A DNA stretch of 20,000 bases, from the IMG/VR virus record IMGVR_UViG_3300044445_000196. One strand, given 5' to 3'. This document shows positions 1 to 7,516 of this stretch, piece after piece (the first letter of the stretch is position 1; the number at the start of each line of letters is the position of its first letter). The position numbers and the translations under genes are program-made. Under the pieces are notes generated by a model, which saw only the letters and a program-made list of their open reading frames with translations, did not search any database and had not been told where the DNA came from. The stretch is from an uncultured virus (IMG/VR IMGVR_UViG_3300044445_000196). Taxonomy: Duplodnaviria > Heunggongvirae > Uroviricota > Caudoviricetes.

Positions 1-335
1 ACGGCGATGACCATGATCTGCGGGTCGGTGGCGTATCCGCCCCGGGTGAGGTAACCCATCAGGTTCGGCAGCTGCCGCTGGATGATCTGGGGGACGCGCC
101 CCATCGAACCGGTGACGTCCACGAACGCCACGATGGGCGTGCTCTCCGGGTGCTCAGCGCTGTCGCGCGCCTCCCGCACGGTCGCGCCGAACGGGTCGAG
201 GCTGTCCGCAGCCTTGCGCTTGTCGCGGGCGACGTAGCGCATCTGGTCGCTGTAGCCGAAGTTCGACTGTCCGGTCGCGGCGCGGGTGGCCGCGGCCTGC
301 TGGTAGCCGGCGTCCGAGAAATTGCCTCCGCCCAT
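1..335 (-). CDS. VWA-domain protein, N-terminal part (runs off the window start)
   Basis: Not in the ORF track. Manual translation from ATG 335: MGGGNFSDAGYQQ...REARDSAEHPESTPIVAFVDVTGSMGRVPQIIQRQLPNLMGYL...DPQIMVIAV. Has a MIDAS-like DVTGS after a hydrophobic strand and an AGAGG RBS upstream. Confidence 0.8.
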   Translation of the reverse strand, partial: MGGGNFSDAGYQQAAATRAATGQSNFGYSDQMRYVARDKRKAADSLDPFGATVREARDSAEHPESTPIVAFVDVTGSMGRVPQIIQRQLPNLMGYLTRGGYATDPQIMVIA

Positions 336-380
336 GATGGGCCTCTTTTCTGTCGTGCCGTCGACAGACGGCGGGGTGGG

Positions 381-1265
381 TCAGGCCTTCGCGGGGAGGG
401 CGAAGAGTCGGAACCTGCGCGGCCCGTACAGGCGCTCGAGCAGGGTGTCGTATTCGCGCAACGCCTGTGCGGGGTTGAGCGTGTTGAGGTGGTCGGCGAA
501 GTGCCGCTGGCGCCCGCCGGCCGCGTCGAGGGTGCGGTCGAAGAGGTGGGCGATGGCGGTGTTGTCCTTGCCCTCCCCCTGCCATCCGGTCAGGACGATG
601 CCGTGACCTTCCGGGTGGACAAAGACGGTGTTCTCATCGAGTGCCCCATGCGCGGTGCCGGCGGTGTCGAGCACCATGAACAGTCGGCGGGCCATCCATG
701 CCCAGTCGCGGCCGTCGAGGCCGTTGGGGTAGGCCGCGCGGACCTCGCGGAGCGCGTGAGCACCGTCGGGGATGCGGTAGGCGATCCAGGTGCGCCCGGC
801 AGTCGTACCGGTGTCGAGCACGGTGGGGACGTACCCGGCGAGACCGACGGCGTCGAGCTTCGGGGTGATGGCGATGAGGGTGCGCACGGCGTCGTTGGCG
901 GCGGGGGTGCGGGCGATGTCGAGCCGGACCCCGTCGGTGTCGGTGAGGTAGGTGGCGATGGTGGCGCTGGCGCGTACTTGGTCGCGGAAAAGGTAGGTAC
1001 CGTGTGCGCCGACGACGTGCGGGGCGGCAGCGGGCTTCGGCGCCGCGATGGGGGTCTTGTAGCGCTCCCAGGCGGTGTTCAAGGCGATGGTCGCGCGCTG
1101 GGCGGCGTCACGGTCGATGCCTTCCTGGTCCGCGCGGTCGGGGTGCACGGCGAAGGCGAGGACGCGGTAGAGGCGGGTCACACGGCGAGTGTCCCCGCCG
1201 GCGGGGGCGAAGATGTCGCCGGCCTCGATGTGGGCGAGGGCGTCGGTTCCATTCCAGGTTCGCAT
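381..1265 (-). CDS. J-domain-like (HPD) / degenerate kinase-fold fusion protein
   Basis: N-terminal YRVLAFAVHPDR resembles a J-domain HPD loop. C-terminal AHGALDENTVFV...IVLTGW aligns with kinase catalytic-loop and DFG positions but lacks HRD and DFG. GAAGGAG RBS. Confidence 0.65.
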   Translation of the reverse strand: MRTWNGTDALAHIEAGDIFAPAGGDTRRVTRLYRVLAFAVHPDRADQEGIDRDAAQRATIALNTAWERYKTPIAAPKPAAAPHVVGAHGTYLFRDQVRASATIATYLTDTDGVRLDIARTPAANDAVRTLIAITPKLDAVGLAGYVPTVLDTGTTAGRTWIAYRIPDGAHALREVRAAYPNGLDGRDWAWMARRLFMVLDTAGTAHGALDENTVFVHPEGHGIVLTGWQGEGKDNTAIAHLFDRTLDAAGGRQRHFADHLNTLNPAQALREYDTLLERLYGPRRFRLFALPAKA

Positions 1266-1323
1266 TTCTTCTCCTTCTGAGAAATAACCTACGCCGGTCG
1301 CGGCTTGATCTCAAGACCCACGG

Positions 1324-1329
1324 CAGAAT
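1324..1329 (+). promoter_or_regulatory. Putative housekeeping-sigma -10 box (CAGAAT) for a leaderless GIY-YIG transcript
   Basis: GGCAGAAT lies 7 nt before GTG 1337 and there is no RBS. Confidence 0.4.
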
Positions 1330-1336
1330 GGGTCGC

Positions 1337-1870
1337 GTGAGCACCCGAGACGACCTGCTGAGCGGCGAACACCGCTCCCCCGCCGAAGTCACCCGCGTCA
1401 TATCGCCGGGCCTGTACGCGTGGTGGGACGACGAGCAGGCCCTGCCCTGGCCGGCCGGCTTCCCCTCGGTCGACCAACGGCTCCCGGTCTACGTCGGCAT
1501 CGCCGCATCGCAGAGCCTCGGGGCTCGCTTCGAGAAGAACCACCTTGCTCGCACCCGCGGTTCCGGTCTTCGCCGTAGCCTCGTCGGTCTTGTGGTCGGA
1601 CAGCTGGGCCTCGAACCGCACTTGGTCCTGAACGACGCCTCCCGCCCGTCGAAGTTCACCCTCGACGAGGAGGGCGAGAAGTGCCTGACCGCGTGGATGC
1701 TCGAGCACCTGCGTGTGACCTGGGTGGAGATGGCACACCCGGGGCGGGCCGAGGAAGCGCTCATCGCATCGCTCGTGCCGCCTCTGAACGACATTCACGC
1801 GACGGGGTCGCCGTACCGCGCGGCGATGCGTGCCGTACGTCAGCGGGCGGCGTTCAGCGCTCGGAGATGA
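1337..1870 (+). CDS. GIY-YIG family nuclease (177 aa; alternative start ATG 1328)
   Basis: PGLYAWW...VYVGIA...LGAR...H...SGLRRSL...EEALI...PPLN gives the GIY/YIG, Arg, Glu and Asn motifs. The upstream part of ORF 1004..1870 is a shadow of the opposite-strand gene. Confidence 0.8.
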   Translation: MSTRDDLLSGEHRSPAEVTRVISPGLYAWWDDEQALPWPAGFPSVDQRLPVYVGIAASQSLGARFEKNHLARTRGSGLRRSLVGLVVGQLGLEPHLVLNDASRPSKFTLDEEGEKCLTAWMLEHLRVTWVEMAHPGRAEEALIASLVPPLNDIHATGSPYRAAMRAVRQRAAFSARR

Positions 1871-2492
1871 CCGTGTCGGCGTGGTCGCGGAAGCCCCACC
1901 ACCGGTCGGTGTCGGACAGGGTGGCTCCAACCACCAGGCTCCCGCGCCACTCCGCCTCCCCCATGGACGTGAGCTGTTGACGCCAGAACTCCCGCTCGGG
2001 TATGGACGCGCGCTTCGTCTCCGCGACCGTCAGCGCCTGTTCGGAAACCCTCTCGAGCTCGGGGCCTTCGAGATCCTGGATCGAGCCGTCGTAGTCGAGG
2101 TGCTCGTAGTAGAGCGCGGCGACACCGCGGCGCATCCCGTCACGGAACTCTGCGGCCTCCTCGTCGTGCGACGCGAGCGAATCCGCGTCGCGGATCCAGG
2201 CGCGCGTTGCCGCCACCCGCTCCCGGCCCGCGACGCCGCGGGAGAGTTTGCCGTCCTGCACCGAGAAGACCAGCGGGTCGATGTACTCGTCGAAGACAGC
2301 GAGCCGCCCCCTCTTCACCTCGGTGACGTCCTCGCGGTCAATTCGGGGGTCCACCGGCGGGCGCGCTTCCCCGCCGGGCAGAGACGCAATCTCCGAGCGC
2401 CCGATGGCGAGCTCGGGTGCGCTGTGGTGCGCCTGCGCGAACCGCCCGGTACGGCCGTGGCGGGGATGCTGGGGCTCGTCGAAGGAGGTCAT
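1854..2492 (-). CDS. Hypothetical protein with shared N-terminal HPR..G.F..SAPE tag (212 aa)
   Basis: Begins MTSFDEPQHPRHGRTGRFAQAHHSAPELAI. The start is 10 nt after CCGCGCA. Confidence 0.75.
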   Translation of the reverse strand: MTSFDEPQHPRHGRTGRFAQAHHSAPELAIGRSEIASLPGGEARPPVDPRIDREDVTEVKRGRLAVFDEYIDPLVFSVQDGKLSRGVAGRERVAATRAWIRDADSLASHDEEAAEFRDGMRRGVAALYYEHLDYDGSIQDLEGPELERVSEQALTVAETKRASIPEREFWRQQLTSMGEAEWRGSLVVGATLSDTDRWWGFRDHADTVISER

Positions 2493-2502
2493 GATCGCCA
2501 TG

Positions 2503-2518
2503 TGCGCGGCGCCGCGCA
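2503..2518. promoter_or_regulatory. Back-to-back CCGCGCA motifs forming a perfect 16-bp palindrome between divergent genes
   Basis: TGCGCGGCGCCGCGCA. Each half lies exactly 10 nt from an ATG (2492 on minus, 2529 on plus). Confidence 0.75.
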
Positions 2519-2528
2519 TGGAGGAGCC

Positions 2529-3224
2529 ATGACCCCGACTGAGCCCGAAGCCGCCAATACCCCCATGCTGACCGAAGAGGCCGGCAACTCCATCCTCGAC
2601 ACCATCGCCGAAACGATGCTGCCGATGAAGAACGAAGCCGGGGACTGGGTCGACCTCCCCACGAACCAGCGTCTGAGCGCAGCCTTCGGCCCGCTTGCTG
2701 AGACGGTCGCCCGCATGATCTTCCTCGCCGCTGCCAGTGGCCACGACGCGGGTCTGCTCGCTGTCACCCCGTCCGGGGAGCGCACCGACATCCTCGCCGC
2801 TGGGCTGCGTCGTGTGCACACGGCCGACATGTTCGGCGACTGCGTCGAGGACGGTGACCACTACCCCTGCAAGACCGCGCGCATCCTTGACCTCGTCGCC
2901 GGGGCCCCCGAGCCCACCAGCGCAGGCGAAGCACCCGATGGCGCGCTCGAGGAGCAGACGCTCGGTCTTCGCGACCTCACCTTCCCGACCGAGGACGAAG
3001 CCGCGTTCATCGGTGACACGGTCATCCTCGGCATGGTCCGCCGCGACCAGCTGCAGGCGGGCGACACCGTGCTCACCGCGCAGTACGGCGTTCGCACTGT
3101 GCAGTCCGTGAACGTCCTCGGAACGACCGTCACGGTCGCCTACGAGCCCGCGGACGCCGAAGCCGCCCCCACGGAGTCTCACCCTGTCGACGCGCGCGTG
3201 CCGCTCGTGGATTCTCGCGACTGA
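2529..3224 (+). CDS. Hypothetical protein (231 aa)
   Basis: MTPTEPEAANT..., preceded by GGAGGAG and the CCGCGCA motif. Contains H...CVEDGDHYPC (possible metal site) and a C-terminal beta-rich segment (LQAGDTVL...VRTVQSV). Confidence 0.7.
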   Translation: MTPTEPEAANTPMLTEEAGNSILDTIAETMLPMKNEAGDWVDLPTNQRLSAAFGPLAETVARMIFLAAASGHDAGLLAVTPSGERTDILAAGLRRVHTADMFGDCVEDGDHYPCKTARILDLVAGAPEPTSAGEAPDGALEEQTLGLRDLTFPTEDEAAFIGDTVILGMVRRDQLQAGDTVLTAQYGVRTVQSVNVLGTTVTVAYEPADAEAAPTESHPVDARVPLVDSRD

Positions 3225-3245
3225 GGGCCAGCGGCAAGCTCTGCC

Positions 3246-4064
3246 CTACAGCAGCGAACGGAAGCTCGTGCGCAGCAGCACCCGCTGCAGCCCGGCGCGC
3301 GCTGCGGAGACCGCGGCCGCGGGGTCCTGGGGCACTGCCGGTGCCGGGGTGGCGAACCCTGACCCGTGGCAGAGCGCGTACGCGAACACATCGGCGCCGA
3401 CCGAGCCGCTCGCGACAGCGCCGAGGGCGCGGGCGAGTCCCCACGCCTTCTGCTCCTCGCTCTGCCCGTGGATGAGGGTGAGCACTCGACGGGAGGTGGG
3501 CGCGGCGTCGCGGCGGCTCTCCACGGCGTAGCCCAGGGCGGCGGCGGCCGCGCGCAGGTCGTCGACGAACCCGACGGGCGCGCCCTCGCTGAGCTTCGAC
3601 CAGGGGCGTTCGAGTTGCGCGCCGGAGGTGGCGGTGTAATCGAACATCGTTGCTGGCCGGTGCCATGCCTCCTCGACGACCAGCCGCCCACCGTCCCAGA
3701 CGGGGCGCCCGTTCTCACGCTTGACCCGCATCGACGGGGTGAGGACAGCGATGCCACGCTCGATGGTGCGCCGCTGCTGCGCCTGCCATCCGCGATGTGT
3801 GGACAGCCAGGTGGCGTGCGGCTGCTGGTCAAGGACCAGAAGGATGTTCGCCGGGCTCAGCCGGGGGAAGCGCGCGAGGCCGTCGAGGTACCGCGTCCAG
3901 GCGTCCGGCTCGTGCCACGAGCTCATGCCGCGGGCGACGACACCCAGCATCTCGGCCAGCCGGGCTTTCCGATCCGGGATGTCGTTGAACGAGTGCAGGG
4001 GGCGGGCTCGCTGGGCCCGCTCACGCAGGTCGGTGGGGGTCATCGTCGCAGTCACATCGGTCAC
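3246..4064 (-). CDS. ArdC N-terminal-like ssDNA-binding domain protein
   Basis: WTRYLDGLARFPRLSPANILLVLDQQPHATWLSTHRGWQ...GIAVLTP...MFDY matches the ArdC-N (DUF1738-like) pattern. No HExxH in the C-terminal half. Confidence 0.7.
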   Translation of the reverse strand: MTDVTATMTPTDLRERAQRARPLHSFNDIPDRKARLAEMLGVVARGMSSWHEPDAWTRYLDGLARFPRLSPANILLVLDQQPHATWLSTHRGWQAQQRRTIERGIAVLTPSMRVKRENGRPVWDGGRLVVEEAWHRPATMFDYTATSGAQLERPWSKLSEGAPVGFVDDLRAAAAALGYAVESRRDAAPTSRRVLTLIHGQSEEQKAWGLARALGAVASGSVGADVFAYALCHGSGFATPAPAVPQDPAAAVSAARAGLQRVLLRTSFRSLL

Positions 4065-4113
4065 GTATCGCTCGTCTCGTCCAGTGGCGAGATCGTAGCG
4101 ACCACCTCCGACA

Positions 4114-4971
4114 TCACATCTTCGCGAGCGACTCCTGCACCATCCGCTGCCCGACGAGACGGTCGTGTGCGGCCTTCCGGACCGGCTCGTTCTCGCTGGT
4201 CGCGAGAGCTTCGACGACGTCCTGCGGGGTGTCAGAGCGGAGCGCGAGTCGGTACAGCGCGTACGTCAGCTCGATGTCTTCGTCGTCGTCGTCGTCGAGC
4301 CGGCGGTCGCGCGCGGCGATGCCGCGGAGGTCCGTCTCGGTCAGCTGCGGGTTGTCGATGATGTGGTGCAGGCGGTCCTCGCGCTGCAGCTCGTCATCGA
4401 GGACGGCGCGGCTCAGGTTCGGGTGCTTCCCGGAGTGGGTGATGCGCTGGTCCCACGCGCGGTCGACCAGGTCGGTGGGGCTATGCGGGTTGCCGACGAC
4501 GCCGGTGAGCACGAGCCGGGATTCGGTGTACTCGGGGTGCGCATCGAGCGCGGCGTAGAACGTGTCGGGGTGGACGTTCGGGTGTTGCAGCGCGGCGATC
4601 CGGGTCTCCCAGTCGTACGCGCGGTCGGTGGTGATGGCGAGCTCGTGAAGAACCGGCGGCGGGGTGTGAGGGTTCAGTGCCACCTCGTGTGCGGGCCCGT
4701 GGACGCGGTCTTCGGCGTGGATGGCGAGCAGCGCACGGTCGGTGGTGGTGCGGGCGCTATCAGAGCGCGCGGCGAGGCTCTCCCCGAGCGCCCAATGGGC
4801 GGCGCGGGCGTCGGGGTCGGTGACGAGGTCGAGGTACTGGCCGCGCATCACCCGGTTGTGCGTGGCGATGTCGCGCTCAGGCGCAGCGAGGGTGACCTCG
4901 GGAGCGCTGACGGTCTTGGTGGTGAAAGTGCCGTCGGTGGCGCGGGGGTGCTCGCGGTCGTTGAAGCTCAT
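4114..4971 (-). CDS. SAPE-tagged protein with LRV/HEAT-like helical repeats (285 aa)
   Basis: Begins MSFNDREHPRATDGTFTTKTVSAPEVTL with a GGAG RBS. Repeated units ALNPHTP, LQHPNVH, VGNPHSP, KHPNLS, IDNPQLT, RSDTP. Confidence 0.75.
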   Translation of the reverse strand: MSFNDREHPRATDGTFTTKTVSAPEVTLAAPERDIATHNRVMRGQYLDLVTDPDARAAHWALGESLAARSDSARTTTDRALLAIHAEDRVHGPAHEVALNPHTPPPVLHELAITTDRAYDWETRIAALQHPNVHPDTFYAALDAHPEYTESRLVLTGVVGNPHSPTDLVDRAWDQRITHSGKHPNLSRAVLDDELQREDRLHHIIDNPQLTETDLRGIAARDRRLDDDDDEDIELTYALYRLALRSDTPQDVVEALATSENEPVRKAAHDRLVGQRMVQESLAKM

Positions 4972-5000
4972 GTGGTTCTCCGTGTTCGAGATGGCGGGCG

Positions 5001-5297
5001 TCAGGCGGCTTCGCGGGTGCTCCACCCGCACTTGGTGCAGGTGCCGCGGCGGATGGTGCCTTCACGGCGGCGGCCGGTGACGAGGGACTTCGTCAGACAG
5101 GGGTCCCGGTCTGCGTGGAGGGGGCAGAGCATTGGGGTGACGGTGCTGTCGCGATTGACCGCGCAGGCGCACCCCTTCTCCCGGACGAATGCGGGCGGTG
5201 CGGGCGCGACGTCCAGGCTCAGCTCGGGGGCGCTGTGCCGCTTGTCCGTGAAGGTGCCATTGCCAGCGCGGGGGTGCTCGCGGGTGTCGAAGGTCAT
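5001..5297 (-). CDS. SAPE-tagged small Cys-rich (putative Zn-binding) protein
   Basis: Begins MTFDTREHPRAGNGTFTDKRHSAPELSL. Contains CAC...CPLH...C...CTKC. GGAGG RBS; starts 1 nt after the upstream stop. Confidence 0.75.
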   Translation of the reverse strand: MTFDTREHPRAGNGTFTDKRHSAPELSLDVAPAPPAFVREKGCACAVNRDSTVTPMLCPLHADRDPCLTKSLVTGRRREGTIRRGTCTKCGWSTREAA

Positions 5298-5298
5298 C

Positions 5299-5649
5299 TC
5301 AGTCCTCCAGGGCGACGGTGATGGTGATGTCCCCGTCCTCGTCGGTGATGGTGAAGTCGGGGTCGGCGTCGAAGTCGGCGAAGGCGTTCGCAGTGTCGCG
5401 CTCGAAGATGACGGGGGTGGGCCCGCCGGTGGGGATGCCGCGGCCGTTGCGGTCGGCGTACCGGCTGAAGAGGAGCGCGTGCGCCTCGGGGTCGTAGTAC
5501 AGGTGCGCTGTGCGCGCTCCGATGGGGGCGTCCTGGCGGATGCGGTCGGCAGCGTCGACGTGCAGGGGCGCTTCGGGGGCGCTCTGGGTCTTGTCGGTGA
5601 AGCGACCGGTGCGCTCGCGCGGGTGCGCGGTCTCGACGAAACCGCTCAT
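5299..5649 (-). CDS. SAPE-tagged small protein with acidic C-terminus
   Basis: Begins MSGFVETAHPRERTGRFTDKTQSAPEAPL. ATGA overlap with the upstream gene. Confidence 0.75.
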   Translation of the reverse strand: MSGFVETAHPRERTGRFTDKTQSAPEAPLHVDAADRIRQDAPIGARTAHLYYDPEAHALLFSRYADRNGRGIPTGGPTPVIFERDTANAFADFDADPDFTITDEDGDITITVALED

Positions 5650-5879
5650 GAGTCGAAGTCTTCGAGGTCGAGGAGCTCGGCCTCGTAGCCGCCCATGTAC
5701 TCGTCGATGTGCGCTCCGGGGTTGGCGGCGCGGCCCTGGCGGGCGTCGGCGACGCCGCGCTCGTGGGCGTCCTCTTCCGTCTCGGCGGACAGGTCGAGCT
5801 CGGGGGCTGTGTGCTGCTGCGCGCCGAAGCGGCCGCTGGCGTGGCGGGCGGCTTCTCGGGCGGTGTCGACGGTGGTCAT
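5646..5879 (-). CDS. SAPE-tagged small acidic protein (77 aa)
   Basis: Begins MTTVDTAREAARHASGRFGAQQHTAPELDL. The start is 10 nt after CCTCGTA. Confidence 0.75.
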   Translation of the reverse strand: MTTVDTAREAARHASGRFGAQQHTAPELDLSAETEEDAHERGVADARQGRAANPGAHIDEYMGGYEAELLDLEDFDS

Positions 5880-5889
5880 GGCCACCATG

Positions 5890-5896
5890 TACGAGG
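5890..5896 (-). promoter_or_regulatory. Upstream motif instance CCTCGTA(CAT)
   Basis: 10 nt before ATG 5879; heads the operon of four tagged genes. Confidence 0.6.
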
Positions 5897-5903
5897 CGCG
5901 CGC

Positions 5904-6257
5904 TCAGGCCTGGTCGGCGCGGACGATGTCGAGGATCTGTTGGAGCGCGGCGTCGGAGAGGTTGGCGAAGCGGTAGTTGCTGTGGCCGTAGGCGACGCCG
6001 TGCGCGCTCAGCTCCTGGACCATCTCCGAGCGACGGGCCTCGGCCGCCTGCTCATCCTCGGTGCGGATGAACATGGCCGGGCCCGCGGTGTCTGCCCGGC
6101 GCTTCTCGACACCCGTGGTCTTGTCGAAGGAGATCTCGCGGCCGAAGTACATGACGCCGACGTTGACGCGTCCGACCCGAGTGATGGTGGCCTTCCGGGT
6201 GCGCCCGTCGTGGTTCAGGATGACTTCCTGGTCGAGGGTGAATCGTTCGCTGGACAT
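5904..6257 (-). CDS. Hypothetical beta-rich phage/plasmid-type protein (117 aa)
   Basis: MSSERFTLDQEVIL...ATITRVGRVNV...FDKTTG. CGGAG RBS; CCGCGCA at 6301-6307. Confidence 0.7.
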   Translation of the reverse strand: MSSERFTLDQEVILNHDGRTRKATITRVGRVNVGVMYFGREISFDKTTGVEKRRADTAGPAMFIRTEDEQAAEARRSEMVQELSAHGVAYGHSNYRFANLSDAALQQILDIVRADQA

Positions 6258-6300
6258 CTGGTGCGCTCCGTTCAGGTAGTGGACGACTGCACCCCGTCCA

Positions 6301-6307
6301 TGCGCGG
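6301..6307 (-). promoter_or_regulatory. Upstream motif instance CCGCGCA(TGG)
   Basis: Intergenic, 43 nt before ATG 6257, which has its own RBS. Confidence 0.55.
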
Positions 6308-6341
6308 GCGCCGCGGCCACCCGTGACACGAGCAGCAGTGG

Positions 6342-6539
6342 TCAGACGGCCCCCGACGCGGCGCGGACGGCGTCGGTGACGCGCCAGCTGTACACGTCGG
6401 GATAGAGGCGGACCTCCATGGGGAGCTGTTCGATGGCCTCGCGGATGACGTCGTCGAGTGGTTCGCGGGGGCGGTCGTCGGGGCGTCCGAGGGGGTAGCC
6501 GTTGGCGACGGTGGCTTCTTTGGCGTTGTCCTCGCTCAT
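6342..6539 (-). CDS. Small hypothetical protein (65 aa)
   Basis: MSEDNAKEATV...; ATGA overlap with the stop of 6536..6970. Confidence 0.6.
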   Translation of the reverse strand: MSEDNAKEATVANGYPLGRPDDRPREPLDDVIREAIEQLPMEVRLYPDVYSWRVTDAVRAASGAV

Positions 6540-6970
6540 GCGGCCACGGGGTACAGCTGGTCGGGTCCTGCCCACACTTCACGGTCCTCGTTGCACGGCC
6601 CGTCGTGCTCGCAGGCGAGGATGCACCAGTCGTCGTCCGGGCAGCTGAACGCGGCGGCATCCCCCTGGTCGGCGACCTCGTAGCGACCGTCGGCGCGCAG
6701 CCGCAGCATCCCTCCGAAGGTGGGGTCCCAGAAGATCTGGCTTGCGCGCAGCAGAAGACGGCGGGCGGCGCGGATGTCGGCGGTGGTCCACTCGGGATCC
6801 GGGTCGCGGCGGGGATTCGTTGCCGCGTCGGTGTTCCAGTGTTCCGCGAGGGCGTACGCCCCGAACGCGTCAGGGACCGTGAGCTGGTCTCCGGCGATGC
6901 GGAGACCGTTCAGGGCGAGGTTTGCGGGGACGGCGGGGTTACCCCGCTCGCTGTTGCTGCGGAACGGCAC
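6536..6970 (-). CDS. Hypothetical protein with Cys/His-rich C-terminus
   Basis: GAAAGGA RBS before GTG. C-terminal CPDDDWCILACEHDGPC. Confidence 0.65.
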   Translation of the reverse strand: MPFRSNSERGNPAVPANLALNGLRIAGDQLTVPDAFGAYALAEHWNTDAATNPRRDPDPEWTTADIRAARRLLLRASQIFWDPTFGGMLRLRADGRYEVADQGDAAAFSCPDDDWCILACEHDGPCNEDREVWAGPDQLYPVAA

Positions 6971-7015
6971 GAGTCGGTCCTTTCAGAGCCGCGGCGTGCG
7001 GCGTCCTGTGTCCCA

Positions 7016-7022
7016 TGCGCGG
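7016..7022 (-). promoter_or_regulatory. Upstream motif instance CCGCGCA(TGG)
   Basis: Intergenic, 45 nt before GTG 6970. Confidence 0.55.
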
Positions 7023-7046
7023 TCCCACGTCGGGCACGTGCCCGGC

Positions 7047-7511
7047 TCAGTCGCGCAGGTGCGTGAGCGCGTGCTGAGCCCAGGCGTCTGTCCGGGCACG
7101 CCAGTGCTCGACGTCCGTTTCGTCGCGGGGTGCGCCGATGGCGTCGGCGAGGTCGGTGCGGATGTCGGGGGTGCAGGCGTCGTCGTCGCCGTCGTGGAAG
7201 GTGGATTCGATCTGCGCGGCCCACTGTTCGGCAGTGTCGCCGTGCTCGATTCGTGCTTCACGGAACGCTTCGAGGATGGGGTTGTCCTCGGGCGAGCGAG
7301 GAGTGAGGTCGTCGATGTCGCGCAGGTGCCAGGGGACGCCGGTGACGAGGGGCTGCGACGGAAGCGCGGGGCGCTCGGGCGCGGTGGCGCGCGGGTGGGC
7401 GGGGACGGCGGTGATGGCGACCTCGGGGGCGGAGGTCGCCTTGACGCTGAACCGTCCGCTGCTCTCGCGCGGGTGGTCGGTGGGTGCCCAGGCGGTGATG
7501 GTGTCGGTCAT
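7047..7511 (-). CDS. SAPE-tagged hypothetical protein (154 aa; alternative start 7520)
   Basis: Begins MTDTITAWAPTDHPRESSGRFSVKATSAPEVAI. The start is 10 nt after CCGAGTA. Confidence 0.75.
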   Translation of the reverse strand: MTDTITAWAPTDHPRESSGRFSVKATSAPEVAITAVPAHPRATAPERPALPSQPLVTGVPWHLRDIDDLTPRSPEDNPILEAFREARIEHGDTAEQWAAQIESTFHDGDDDACTPDIRTDLADAIGAPRDETDVEHWRARTDAWAQHALTHLRD

Positions 7512-7516
7512 GCCGG

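Noticed and set aside
1830..3182. Long N-terminal extensions in the ORF track (1854..3182, 1830..3224; also upstream parts of 11534..12424, 16679..18214, 18025..18999, 18876..19661, 19320..20000)
   Set aside because: They overlap neighbouring genes. Internal starts are supported by the tag position, the motif spacing or an RBS.
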